This document shows positions 24,923 through 36,199 of a DNA stretch of 64,000 bases, one piece after another. The notes under the pieces are model-generated. The model saw only the letters and a list, made by a program, of their open reading frames with translations, ran no database searches and was not told the origin of the DNA. Source of the DNA: Zancudomyces culisetae HAW-14-8 (Eukaryota; Fungi; Kickxellomycota); the NCBI GenBank assembly GCA_052426225.1, contig JBNJNM010000011.1, positions 1,860,001-1,924,000 of the forward strand, given 5' to 3'. Made by a program: the position numbers and the translations under genes. The first letter of the stretch is position 1; the number at the start of each line of letters is the position of its first letter.

Positions 24923-26221
24923 ATGACAAGATCATTCAAAGTCGCAGATATTAACCTGGCCGAATGGGGTCGTAAGGACATCCAGCTTTCCGAGAATGAA
25001 ATGCCTGGGCTACTAAAGATTCGCGAGAAGTATGGGCCATTGCAGCCACTCAAAGGTGCGCGGATAGCGGGGTGTCTGCACATGACAATTCAAACTGCAG
25101 TGCTTATCGAGACATTGGTTGCACTGGGTGCCGAGGTAGCTTGGAGCTCCAGCAATATTTTTTCAACTCAAGACCATGCTGCCGCTGCCATTGCTGCTGC
25201 CGGAATCCCAGTGTTTGCATGGAAAGGAGAGACTGAAGAGGAGTTTTTGTGGTGTATTGAACAGACCTTACATTGTTTTGAGGGAGGGAAACCACTAAAC
25301 ATGATAGTCGACGACGGTAGCGAGCTTACAAACTTTATCCATGATAAATACCCAGAACTTCTTCAGGGTATCAGAGGTGTCTCTGAAGAAACCACAACAG
25401 GTATACACAGCCTAATTTATAGAGTCAAGAATGAAACGCTGAAGATACCAGCAATGAATGTCAATGACTCGGTTACCAAAAGCAAGTTTGACAATCTGTA
25501 TGGTTGTCGTGAATCATTGATTGATGGTATCAAGAGAGCAACTGACGTTATGATTGCGGGAAAAATCGCAGTTGTTGCCGGGTATGGTGATGTTGGTAAA
25601 GGGTGTGCGGATTCGCTGAGAAATATGGGTGCAAACGTTTGGGTTACCGAAATTGACCCGATTAATGCGCTCCAAGCGGCGATGCAAGGATACAAAGTTA
25701 CAACCATGGAAGAGGCGTGCATGGTGGGCAATATATTTGTGACAACTACAGGAAACCGTGACATTATTGTTGGCAAACATATGGAGCAGATGCCGGAAGA
25801 TGCGATAGTCTGCAACATTGGCCATTTTGATGTTGAAATCGACGTTGGGTGGTTGGAAGCAAATGCAGCTTCAAAGGATCGTATCAAGGAGGGTGTTGAT
25901 AGGTATAAATTGAAAAATGGCCGACATGTCGTTTTGCTTGCCGAGGGTAGGTTGGTGAATCTGGGATGCGCAACTGGTCACCCAAGCTTTGTAATGTCGT
26001 GTTCATTCTCGAACCAGGCACTAGCTCAGCTTTCATTGTGGACTGAACCAGAAAAATACACCCCAGGACTTTACAACCTTCCAAAGGAGCGAGATGAGGA
26101 GGTTGCAGCAATGCATCTGGAGAAGTTGGGTGTGAAGCTGACAAAGTTGACACAGGCGCAGTCCGAATATCTGGGCATCAACCCAGAGGGGCCCTTTAAG
26201 CCTGATACATACAGATACTAG
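24923..26221 (+). CDS. SAH1: S-adenosylhomocysteine hydrolase
   Basis: [62 protein letters not shown] and [10 protein letters not shown]. Confidence 0.97.
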   Translation: MTRSFKVADINLAEWGRKDIQLSENEMPGLLKIREKYGPLQPLKGARIAGCLHMTIQTAVLIETLVALGAEVAWSSSNIFSTQDHAAAAIAAAGIPVFAWKGETEEEFLWCIEQTLHCFEGGKPLNMIVDDGSELTNFIHDKYPELLQGIRGVSEETTTGIHSLIYRVKNETLKIPAMNVNDSVTKSKFDNLYGCRESLIDGIKRATDVMIAGKIAVVAGYGDVGKGCADSLRNMGANVWVTEIDPINALQAAMQGYKVTTMEEACMVGNIFVTTTGNRDIIVGKHMEQMPEDAIVCNIGHFDVEIDVGWLEANAASKDRIKEGVDRYKLKNGRHVVLLAEGRLVNLGCATGHPSFVMSCSFSNQALAQLSLWTEPEKYTPGLYNLPKERDEEVAAMHLEKLGVKLTKLTQAQSEYLGINPEGPFKPDTYRY

Positions 26222-26589
26222 ATGGTAGCCGGCTGACTTTTTTTGTTTTGTATTTTTTTTTCATCAGTGATCCAAGTCAAGTGGGCAAAGTAGTTGGGTT
26301 GAGGGCATATTATAGTTGGTTAGTACCATGATTTAGTGAATAGTAGTGGTGTTTGTAAGCGGAATAAAAGTAGAGGCAAACAAAAGTTTATGAAGGATGT
26401 AAAGTAAAGATAGTACCTTATTATTAGTGCATTGGCGTTTTTTAGTGTTATGTTAATGTTATTCAAAAAAAATTTCCAATAAAGTCAGTTTTAGTCTAAA
26501 TATTTAAAAACAAATAAATCAATCAACTATAAAGCTGTTTACTACTAGAACAATAGAAAAAACTAGCTAAAGCAAAAGTTTTAGTTATA

Positions 26590-27663
26590 ATGGAGGAAAA
26601 AAGACAACTGAGGAAACCTGTGGTGGTGGAAAAAAAAGAGATTGATCAGCAAAGCATACTATATGAGAACATGCTGATTTGTACGGGACCAGAAGAACTT
26701 TTAGAAGAGTGTATCATTAGCAACATGCCGCCACAAGGCTCTATTCTTTCTGGATCCTCGGCTGAGGATAATCAACAGGGAATTCAGGACAATAAAGATA
26801 AGATTGGAGTGATTAACAACAACAAACCCGAGATAGCCATAACTAAGGAGCCAGAAAAGTTATATAAACTCAACAAGTTGGGACTGTTTGAGGCTGTGGA
26901 ATTAACCTGGGATAGTGAGGATGAGAAAGATGAACAAGGAGATACCGAAAGAGAGGATAAGGAAAAGAAGGGAGAGATAAATAAGGCAGTGTCGACTAGG
27001 AGTGGGTCAATGAGGTTGCGATCCAGGAACAGGAGCATCGACGGCGAAGGTGGGAGTAACGAGGTTAAGCGAGAAAAGAGAGGGTGTGGTGGAAAGGAGA
27101 AAAGAAGGCGTAAAGGGGAAGAAGAGGAGGATATATCAGAGGCAGCACTGAGCAAGAGACATAGTAAATATGAGAAGGTTGAGAAAAGAATACGAACTAG
27201 AGAAATAGAGCTGTACGAGTTTCACAAATACCAACAACAGGTGGCTGATCAGGAAGAGTACATGAGAAGTCTTGTAGAACAAGAGGGCAAGCACGGAGGC
27301 AGTAATTGTGGTTATAGTGGTAATTGTACTGATAACAAACATAATAGTGGCAGGAATGGCAATGGTAAACGGAATACGAGAAGCGGGCGACGGGAACTAG
27401 AACAGGAAGAGGAACAAGAAGAAGATAACGGGAACGGGGATGGGAATGGACAGGAAGGGATACAAGGAGGACATGAACAAGAGCAAGAACAAGAACGAGA
27501 GCGAGAACAGCAAAAAATAAAAAGAATAGGGGGGCAATACTTTGAATACAAGGAGGCACAAAAAAGAATTAAAGTACGAATGGGAATTTTGGAAGGGTTC
27601 TTGAAGCTACGTACAAAAGAAGAAAGCAAAGAATATGAAGTGCCTAAATATATCAAAAAGTAA
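26590..27663 (+). CDS. Low-complexity charged protein with PEHE/Sas4-like helix (possible MYST HAT-complex subunit)
   Basis: 357-aa ORF containing EDISEAALSKRHSKYEKVEKRIRTREIE, which resembles the PEHE/Sas4 pattern D-x-S/D-x4-RH-x2-E-x2-EK. The rest is Glu/Lys/Gly-rich. Confidence 0.5.
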   Translation: MEEKRQLRKPVVVEKKEIDQQSILYENMLICTGPEELLEECIISNMPPQGSILSGSSAEDNQQGIQDNKDKIGVINNNKPEIAITKEPEKLYKLNKLGLFEAVELTWDSEDEKDEQGDTEREDKEKKGEINKAVSTRSGSMRLRSRNRSIDGEGGSNEVKREKRGCGGKEKRRRKGEEEEDISEAALSKRHSKYEKVEKRIRTREIELYEFHKYQQQVADQEEYMRSLVEQEGKHGGSNCGYSGNCTDNKHNSGRNGNGKRNTRSGRRELEQEEEQEEDNGNGDGNGQEGIQGGHEQEQEQEREREQQKIKRIGGQYFEYKEAQKRIKVRMGILEGFLKLRTKEESKEYEVPKYIKK

Positions 27664-29469
27664 TTATTTTTTCTTCAAGAGCTTTTTCTTGAGAGCAGCC
27701 TTGTACTCAGTAATAGTACCATCGTACTTTTGAATTCTACGTTTTTCACACAGCCACAGTTCACCGGCAACCTGGTTAATCAGACGGAAGTCGTGAGATA
27801 CTAGAACAATACCACCAGAGAAGGCATGGATAGCTTCAGCCAAACTGTCAATGGACTCAATATCAAGATGGTTAGTAGGTTCGTCAAGCAAGATAATATG
27901 AGGGCGCTCAAGGGCTAGTTCACAGAAGACAAGTCTGGAACGCAAGCCATCGGAAAGAGTGCCAATGGGAGAGACTTGGTGGTTTCCAGTCAGACCGAAC
28001 TTGCCAAGATTCTGGCGCCAGTAGTTTGTGTCTTCACTAATGTGTTTGAACTTGAGGCGCAGATATTCAACAGGAGATTTTTCCATATCGAGTTGATCGG
28101 CGGAGTGCTGGTTGTACTTGCAAACCTTGAGCTGGTTGTGTCGTTGCACGCGGCCGGCAGTTGCCTCGAGCTCGTTCGTCATAAGCTTGAGCAGGGTAGA
28201 TTTACCAGTTCCGTTAGGGCCAAGTAGAGCAACACGCGAGTCCATATCGACAGCCAGATTGACGCCAGTGTACAAGGCATGATCCAGTACGCCGTCGTAG
28301 GCGAAGGCGACTTCGTCGAAACTGAGAACGGGTGGGGGCAGCTTGGCAACGTCAGTGAAGCGGAAGGAGTATTGGATTGGCGGCAACACCTTTTCAATCA
28401 AACCAGCAGCCTCCATCTTGTCGATGATCTTGAGCTTACTCTTACCCTGACGGACTAGATTGGCGTATGTTCCTGCCGAAGCCACGAATTTCTTGATGTG
28501 TTCAATTTCGGCCTGTTGCTTTTCGTATGCCCTCATTTGGTTGGCTTCATTTTCGGACTTGATACGTACAAATGTGTCGTAGTTACCACCATAGTACACC
28601 AACTGTTGCTTATGGTCGAGGTGGATGATGTTTGTGCACACACTGTTTAGAAAATCTTGAGAATGTGATACCACTACCAATATACGCTCATATGTCTGCA
28701 AAAATGTTTCCAGCCACACAACTGCCTCCAAATCCAAATGGTTGGTTGGCTCATCTAACAACAACAGTGTTGGTCGGATGAACAGTGCCTTGGCTAGCGC
28801 CACTCGCATACGCCATCCTCCTGAAAGTGCCTTTGTGGGTTTCAGTGCCTGCTCATGGGTAAATCCAAGCCCGTGCAATAGTTCTCCTGCCTGACTTTCG
28901 AACCGTGATGCATCTAGTGACTCGATACGTGCGTACAAGTCATCCAACACTGGGTTCTCTGCACCATCCTCCTCTCCCAAAATTGTTTCTACCTCCTTTT
29001 CCAATCGTGCCAGTTGTTCTTCTGCGTGTTTAATTACATACTGTACTGCTGAAAGCTCTGTTGGCTCTGCTTCTTCGTTCAGCACATATGTATCGATATG
29101 CTCAGGAAGCTTGATATCCTGTTCGGCCAGCGACCGTAGAAATGTTGACTTGCCGCTGCCGTTGGCTCCCATAAGACCATATCGTCGTCCAAAGTTCAAT
29201 TCAACTGTTGCGTTTTGGATAAGATTGCGACCGTGGAACGAAAGTGAGTAAGATTCTAGCTGGATGTCTCTGGATTGGGATTGGGAGGTCAATACTCCTG
29301 TTGCTGTTCTATCTGCGTGGAGTTTGAGGTCTTTTAGTTGTTCAGAGATTCCATTCTCTCCTGTAGATTTTGAGCTGGCTTCTACCTTCCCCTTTGAAGC
29401 TGAGCCTGCTTTTTTAGCCTTTGCCTCTTTTGCTGCTAATCTTTTTGCCTTTGAAGCTGAAATTGCCAT
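27664..29469 (-). CDS. ARB1: ABC-F ATPase Arb1/ABCF2
   Basis: Two NBDs and no TM (GANGSGKST/LSGGWRMR; GPNGTGKST/LSDGLRSR), plus ABCF2 motifs ELNFGRRYGL and ASAGTYANLVRQ. Confidence 0.94.
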   Translation of the reverse strand: MAISASKAKRLAAKEAKAKKAGSASKGKVEASSKSTGENGISEQLKDLKLHADRTATGVLTSQSQSRDIQLESYSLSFHGRNLIQNATVELNFGRRYGLMGANGSGKSTFLRSLAEQDIKLPEHIDTYVLNEEAEPTELSAVQYVIKHAEEQLARLEKEVETILGEEDGAENPVLDDLYARIESLDASRFESQAGELLHGLGFTHEQALKPTKALSGGWRMRVALAKALFIRPTLLLLDEPTNHLDLEAVVWLETFLQTYERILVVVSHSQDFLNSVCTNIIHLDHKQQLVYYGGNYDTFVRIKSENEANQMRAYEKQQAEIEHIKKFVASAGTYANLVRQGKSKLKIIDKMEAAGLIEKVLPPIQYSFRFTDVAKLPPPVLSFDEVAFAYDGVLDHALYTGVNLAVDMDSRVALLGPNGTGKSTLLKLMTNELEATAGRVQRHNQLKVCKYNQHSADQLDMEKSPVEYLRLKFKHISEDTNYWRQNLGKFGLTGNHQVSPIGTLSDGLRSRLVFCELALERPHIILLDEPTNHLDIESIDSLAEAIHAFSGGIVLVSHDFRLINQVAGELWLCEKRRIQKYDGTITEYKAALKKKLLKKK

Positions 29470-30341
29470 CGTGTATTCTATTTCTTTCTTTATATAAAAC
29501 GTCTAGTTGGTCTTCAGATCACTAATATTTCAATTTCCTTGAAGAAATTCAAAAGTCGTAAATCTACAATATGTAAATGTAGTGAATGAAGGCAGTATTT
29601 ACAATATTGATAGTTTATAAAAGCAAACTCTCTTTTACCATTTAAACACTAATATGTGTTCTGCCACTCTTATTCATCTATTCGTTGCATTTGAAAAAAA
29701 AAATTTTTTTTTTATCACCAAGTAAATTAGGCCAAAAAATATGTACACGAGGTTACTATAGTTGGGGAAGGGAGAAAAAAAAACCATAAATTGAGTAAAC
29801 ACTAAACCAAAAGGTGGGATATTTTAGTTAGACTTTGTACTAGACATTTTCACTCCGCAGCACATGTGCGGGAGGAACCTGTTTTTCAAGAAGTCTGCGT
29901 CCAAAAAAAATTTTTTTTAAGCTGATTTTCCAATTAGCTGAATGGGGGGGTGGGGCTCTCTATGCTCGCCAATTTTATTTTTGATTTTTTGACTTTTTTT
30001 ATCTTGGAGAAAACTGCAGAATTATAGTTTCCATAACTGCGGGAGAATACCATGAACGAGATGCAAAAAAAAATTACAATGAAAACTAATGGCAGAAATT
30101 GGGATAATTATCTGGGTAAAAAAAAAAAACAAAAAAAAAACACGTAAATGAAAATAAATCGCAAACATTATTGAACCAAGCCAAAACCAATTCCGATACC
30201 AAAATCATACCGAGTGGTAAATAGTTTATGTTTAGCAAACAAAAAAAGTTCGTGTATAGCAATTACAAAACCAAACTCGATTTTTCAGCTACACAGGATC
30301 CATTTTTCAATGAACAATTAGATTAATAGAAAAGCTATAGG

Positions 30342-33300
30342 ATGGCAAGCAGCAGAGTAGTGGAAATTCCTTTGATCGGCTCCGAAAATGTCTTGGAAAT
30401 CGATTGCTCCCAGCTGCCTGAACGCGCCTTTGACATCTGCGAGGTCTTGGAGCAGGAACGCAGCGATATCAAATACTACTTGATATTCGCGTTGGAATAT
30501 TATCGCCAGAATAAACAGGACGAGGCAATCGTCCTGTTGAAAAGCGGATTATCAAAAGATGGAACTGGTAGTGGTGGTGGTAGTGGTAGTGTTGGTAGTA
30601 TGATGGGAATGAATGGAGAAAACAAGGTTCCTTTGATTAATTGTCTGGCTAGTATATACATAAACAAGGCAAAGCGTAAAGGCGGAGGACTTTTGGCTGA
30701 ATATAATAAACCAAAGAAAAATGTAAATGCAAGTGCGATTGGCGGCCATAATAGTGAAGGCTCGATGGGAATGAGTGGACGAGAAAAAGAAAACGGGGAT
30801 ATAGAAGAAGAACTTGAAAAGCGAAAGAATGAGCGCGAGGGGTACCTACAACTAGCAACTGCTCTTTTCAAAGAGGCGGAGCGGATACAAGGCGACAATG
30901 TCGGCACCCAACTGGGAAAAGGGATTATCCACTTGGCAACGCAGCAGTACGATTTGGCAATGCAACATTTCAATCTGGTGTTGATGCGCGAACCCAGTAA
31001 TGTAGGTGGATTGTTAGGCAAAGCTAGAGTTATGTACGATAAGAAGCAATATGTTCAAGCCTTGAATCTATACCAACAGGTGTTGCGGATAAAGCCAAAT
31101 GCAGTGAAACCGGATGTGCGGTTGGGAATAGCCATGTGTTACTATCGACTGGGTAGACACGAAATTGCAAAGCGGGCTATTGAGCGGGCAATTTCAAGGA
31201 ATCCAGAAAACGTAGCAGCACGAGTTGTAAAAGCGGTTATGGAATTCAACAAAGCCAAAGAATATATGGGCGATGATGCGGTATTGCCAAGTAAACAAGG
31301 AAAGGGAGAGCAAGAGATCGAGGAGATAATGGAGGGGGCAATGGAAGAGTTACTGGCAGGATATAATCAGAATAGTGAGCAGGCAATGGCATTGATTTTG
31401 CTGGGTGAGCGGTATTTTTACCGCCAGGAATACGAAAAGGCAGAAGAACTTATTAAACAGGCCATAGTTTCAGCAGACACACGGGAGATTCAGGCAGAAG
31501 CGTATTATCAGCAGGGAAGAGTCAGCCATGCACGGGGTAAATACGAGGAGGCATACAAAGGGTATCAACAGGCGCTGACCCAGAACCCATCACATGGATT
31601 GGCAAGGCTTGGTTTGGGGTATGTGCAGATATATGGGGCAGAAATAGCTACGGCTGTAAAGACGTTTCAAACCGTGTTGGCAGAGTACCCAGGATGTGTA
31701 GAGGCATTGCGTATGCTTGGATATTTACACAACCGGTTGCCTAAACAGCAGCACGAGGCGGTAGAGTACTACAATCGTGAGCTCAATACAATAGCAGGCA
31801 ATCAGGTATCAGGGCGACAAGTCGACTGGTTGTGCAAGAGGGGCCAAAACAACTTGGTTTCAATATATGACAGATTCAGCAACAACGAAGAAATCGAGTC
31901 AGTTGTCCAGGTGGCCCGAATTGTGGAAAAACAAGACAAAGAGATGGCTAAAAACTACTACCAGGCAGCTCAAGAGATAATGGATGGCATCAAAAAGAGA
32001 GGCGGAGAAGAAGGTGCAAGTGGTGGTGATGGTGATGGTAGCAACAACGGAAATGCAAGTATAGAGGATAACAGGGTTGAGTTGATTAACAATGTGGCAA
32101 GTTTAGGGATGATGATTGGAAACCCAGAAGAATCCATCAAGTTGCTAACCTCTGTTCTAGATGGTATGGGTGATTTGGATAGTGTTTCGGGCAAGGAGAA
32201 AGAGAGACAAATTACATTGAAATATAATTTAGCACGAGCATATGAAATAACTGGCCAACTCCACAAGGCCAAAGTGTTATACGAAGAAATCGCAAATGTT
32301 AGTGGGGACAAGTACTTGGATGCGATATTGCGGCTGGGCTATATTTATTTATATGGAGGACTTGATGATGATGATGATGACATGGAAGAGAGGTATGCAA
32401 AGGTGGAAGAATGCTCCGAAAAAGTATTAGCAGCAGACAAGAAGAACGTTTCAGGATTGTTACTAAAAGCAAAGCTATACAACATGCGTGGAGAGGCCAA
32501 AAACGTCAAAAAAACGCTGGAGTATATTCTGAAGCAGGTTGACCGACACGATATTTACACACTAACTGAATTAGGTAACTTTTATTTACAAGCAGTGCGT
32601 ACCGAAATCACAGCACTCAACAACATCAGACCAGTGTTACAGAATGCATCAGCGGGAAACAAAGATGGAAACGCCAACAAGAAGGATAGCGTAGCAACAG
32701 ATAAGCGTGAACAGGCCAAGACAGAGTATAAGCGACATTCTCGCGACCTCAACATTGTGTACAAGCGGGCACACGATTTCTTTGTCAAATGTTTGATGCT
32801 TGATAACACAGGGTACATGGCAGCCAATGGGTTTGGGTGTATGTTTGCTGAGCGAGGATACTACCCGCAAGCACACGACATTTTCACGCTTGTCAACCAA
32901 GTCGTTTCATCTCTATCGTCATCTACCAGTAACACTAACCAATGTGGGCTGGGAATTGGTGTAGACGTGGAGCTTTATTCCTCCATTAACTTGGCGCATG
33001 TATTGGTTGAGTTGGGTAATTATCGTTCTGCCACTTCGCTATACGAGTCGATTGTCAAAAGACTTGCTTATTTAACATCCAACGACGACAAGTCCACTTC
33101 CAACTCCAAGATTGAAGCAGAAGCAAAAAAAAAAACAAAAACAAAAACAAACTATGAAACGTTGTTGCTTAATACACAGCTTGCATTGGCTCGCTCGCTA
33201 TACATCCATGCCCGCGTCACTAAAAGCATTCCTGTTATGCACCAAGCCCTTAACATTTTACTATCACTGTGTGATTTTGATGCTATAATTTCATCTTTGA

Positions 33301-34382
33301 CTGACGATTCTGATGCTGATACTGCTGCTGATGCTGATGCTGATGCCGATACCAATACCAATACCAATACTGAAAAAGGGAATGATAGCACCAACAATAG
33401 CAACATTGATAAAAAACCAGAATGTTTTACCATAGACAGTGCCAAGAACACAGTGTTGATGTACAACGCTGACCCTATTGTGCTCTACAATATTGCTCTG
33501 GTCAAACAAAATCTGGCCCAGCTGTTTTGTGACTATCCATCCGACAAACACGTGGCCATCGATGAGTTGCAACTCTGTCTAACTGGTCTTGAGCATTCCA
33601 ATCTGATATTCACCAAACTCAGCCAAGCCAAGCAGCTGTTGGCAGAAACAGCCGCGAGTAGCGCTATTACCAACCTCCACAAGCTGCTCCACTATGATCC
33701 AAAGTTGTCGGCTCAACGTGCGAGCTTTGGTAAGTATCTGGTCGGTTCTCTGGGTAAGAAAATTGCTAAAGTACAGGCCGAGACTGAACAGCGCAAGATA
33801 CTGTTGATGGAGTCTAAAAAGCGGCGGATGGAGAGCGTCGCCAAGATGGAAGAGCAGCAGCGTAAATTGTTGGAAGAGCAACAGAAATCTGACATGCTGC
33901 TTTTGGAACAGCAGGATCTTATCAACCTCCGGCTGCGTCAGGAGCTGTTGGCTGCCCCAACAGTAACATCCACCCCTTCAGCTACTTCAACCAACAAAAA
34001 GTCTACAACCAAACGCTCAAACATCAACTCTTATGCATCTGCATCCTCTTCCCCTCCTCGTTCCCCTTACCCCTCCCATTTCTCGTCTCCTCCTTCCTCT
34101 CCTCATAGACAGAGAACACCTCATAAATCCATTCTCAGTGAAAGTGAAGACGAAAACAACACATTTATTGAGGCTGAACGTAACAATAATACCAGTAGCT
34201 CTAACAAAAAGAGAAAACTCTCTAGAAAAAAACATATTCCTGGCTCATCCTCTTCAAAGGCTAAACGTGTTCAAAAATCAAAATCCAACTTTCCCAAGGA
34301 ATCCGGCTCTTCTTCTGATCTTTCTGATATTCTTTCCTCCGAGCTTGGGCAATATTCATCGTCTTTATCTGACATTAATTAA
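30342..34382 (+). CDS. CTR9: Paf1 complex TPR subunit Ctr9
   Basis: N-terminal VEIPL..SENVLEIDCSQLP..ICEVL..E..A.EYY, many TPRs, DRHDIYTL..LGN, AANGFG..FAERG, INLAHVLVE and a C-terminal coiled-coil/Ser-rich tail. Confidence 0.9.
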   Translation: MASSRVVEIPLIGSENVLEIDCSQLPERAFDICEVLEQERSDIKYYLIFALEYYRQNKQDEAIVLLKSGLSKDGTGSGGGSGSVGSMMGMNGENKVPLINCLASIYINKAKRKGGGLLAEYNKPKKNVNASAIGGHNSEGSMGMSGREKENGDIEEELEKRKNEREGYLQLATALFKEAERIQGDNVGTQLGKGIIHLATQQYDLAMQHFNLVLMREPSNVGGLLGKARVMYDKKQYVQALNLYQQVLRIKPNAVKPDVRLGIAMCYYRLGRHEIAKRAIERAISRNPENVAARVVKAVMEFNKAKEYMGDDAVLPSKQGKGEQEIEEIMEGAMEELLAGYNQNSEQAMALILLGERYFYRQEYEKAEELIKQAIVSADTREIQAEAYYQQGRVSHARGKYEEAYKGYQQALTQNPSHGLARLGLGYVQIYGAEIATAVKTFQTVLAEYPGCVEALRMLGYLHNRLPKQQHEAVEYYNRELNTIAGNQVSGRQVDWLCKRGQNNLVSIYDRFSNNEEIESVVQVARIVEKQDKEMAKNYYQAAQEIMDGIKKRGGEEGASGGDGDGSNNGNASIEDNRVELINNVASLGMMIGNPEESIKLLTSVLDGMGDLDSVSGKEKERQITLKYNLARAYEITGQLHKAKVLYEEIANVSGDKYLDAILRLGYIYLYGGLDDDDDDMEERYAKVEECSEKVLAADKKNVSGLLLKAKLYNMRGEAKNVKKTLEYILKQVDRHDIYTLTELGNFYLQAVRTEITALNNIRPVLQNASAGNKDGNANKKDSVATDKREQAKTEYKRHSRDLNIVYKRAHDFFVKCLMLDNTGYMAANGFGCMFAERGYYPQAHDIFTLVNQVVSSLSSSTSNTNQCGLGIGVDVELYSSINLAHVLVELGNYRSATSLYESIVKRLAYLTSNDDKSTSNSKIEAEAKKKTKTKTNYETLLLNTQLALARSLYIHARVTKSIPVMHQALNILLSLCDFDAIISSLTDDSDADTAADADADADTNTNTNTEKGNDSTNNSNIDKKPECFTIDSAKNTVLMYNADPIVLYNIALVKQNLAQLFCDYPSDKHVAIDELQLCLTGLEHSNLIFTKLSQAKQLLAETAASSAITNLHKLLHYDPKLSAQRASFGKYLVGSLGKKIAKVQAETEQRKILLMESKKRRMESVAKMEEQQRKLLEEQQKSDMLLLEQQDLINLRLRQELLAAPTVTSTPSATSTNKKSTTKRSNINSYASASSSPPRSPYPSHFSSPPSSPHRQRTPHKSILSESEDENNTFIEAERNNNTSSSNKKRKLSRKKHIPGSSSSKAKRVQKSKSNFPKESGSSSDLSDILSSELGQYSSSLSDIN

Positions 34383-34460
34383 TTCCAAGCTTTACCATCA
34401 TACACTCTCTTACTTTACTACATTGTCTATATTGGTTGATTTGATGCAAACAGTCTCCCT

Positions 34461-35199
34461 TTATGAATAAACAGTGGTTAAACACTGCTCAACCACTTCC
34501 AACAAGTTTGTGTTTTCCAGTGCCGCCGCCACTCGTTCCTTGTCATTCAGCTGTTTATTTATCGCATTTTCTGAATTGTGGCTTCCTTCTTTTACCTTTA
34601 CACTAATCTATTGTTTGCAATTCGGTTTTATGCTTTTTAGTTTATCCCATTAAATATATGTGCTATTTAAATCATCTTACCTTGAACTTGTCAACCATAC
34701 TGCGAAGCAAGCATACGCGGATACACAACCCAATAAGTGTAGCCATTGAACAATGTGGCACCGTTGGTGTAAAAGTCACCTCAATAGTATCCAGTCCTAC
34801 ACCTCCCTCACTACCACTATACTCGTCCTTGGTGCTGTTCATACCCTTCATTTCAACACCCTCTTTTTTGTTGCTACAATTGCAACTACCACAGCACCCA
34901 CCACCTGTGGCAGATGGCTGATCACCATATTGCACTTTAATGTCGTGCAAATTAACAACATTCAACTGTCCCAAGGTATATGGGTATTCAGGGTCGGTGA
35001 TTTTGTACAGAAGCTCGTAGATTTCCAGGCTGGACACCCGATCAATCAACGCATTGTCGAGATCTTGGGATGTCAGAGCACCTTGCTGTTGGGCTAGCAG
35101 ATATGAGGGCAAAAAGTCCGATTTCGAAGCCAGAGATTTTGGTACCGTATCATATCCCTCATGAGTATACAGTTTTGGTGCCTTGTTTATTTTCTCCAT
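34461..35199 (-). CDS. CIA2: Cytosolic Fe-S assembly component Cia2 (FAM96/MIP18 family), 2 exons (35199-34681, 34607-34461)
   Basis: [16 protein letters not shown] and [20 protein letters not shown] in exon 1; [25 protein letters not shown] in exon 2. Confidence 0.93.
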
Positions 35200-36199
35200 T
35201 TAGCACGTTTTGTGTAGCTTTTATCTACTTTTATTTCTATATATTTGTGTGTATGTTTGTATAAGCTTTTTTCTTGCTTTTCTTTTTTTGAAGAAATTGG
35301 AATATTCTCGATTAATTCCCTTGATTTATGAACTTTTTTAAATTGTAGGAAAAAAAATTGAAGCTATATAAAAGGGGAAGGGGGGAGGTGGGCATAAATA
35401 CAAGAAATTCATTTTAACTTTAATTTGGGTTTCCCTCCCTTCCCCCTCCATTTTGTTCACTTTGTCTTCTTCTCCCACTGTTCTTGTATTTTTTTTTAAA
35501 TATGTTTCCTCCTGCAACATCCTGGAAAGGGAAAAGGAAAAAGATGGGTTACAAAGCAAAAAAGGCGTTTTCTGCCTCATCAATTCTAAAGCACTCACCA
35601 CAGCCAGATTTGTAAAGCTTTAGTCATTTTTTGTATTTGCGTTTTCATGTGATTACAAATCGACAGTCTCGTGCCTCCCATCTCACCTCGCCTCTCTCAC
35701 CTCTTTCCTCCCTTTTCCCCCCTCCTCATTTCTTTTATAACCCTTTATATTTTTTTTGTTGGGCATTACAAGTTTACTTGTATTCCCTTCAGTTCAGAGT
35801 AAATAGTAAATAGTAAATAGTAAAAATAAAAAAGCAATAATAATATTATTATTATTAGAGTTAATAGGAGGCCAATTTAATGCCAATTAGATTGATTCAC
35901 AAGCAATGTGCTCGCCCTTTTATTCGCTTTTGGAGCCATTTTTATTTGATAGTAAATGTAATTTCTAGCAAAAAGATTAAAATAAAATAAAACAAAGCCA
36001 AAAACACCAATACTACATCTTATTATATACAATCATACAAACATCCAACACGAAGGGATAAAGAAAAGAACAAAAAAAAAGACACTGGTACTATATATTA
36101 ATTATCTTTAACTATATACAACCTTGCTGTTTTTATTTCCACCCCACCCCCCTCCCGACCATCACCAAGCGAATATACGGATATACGAATATATAGAGA

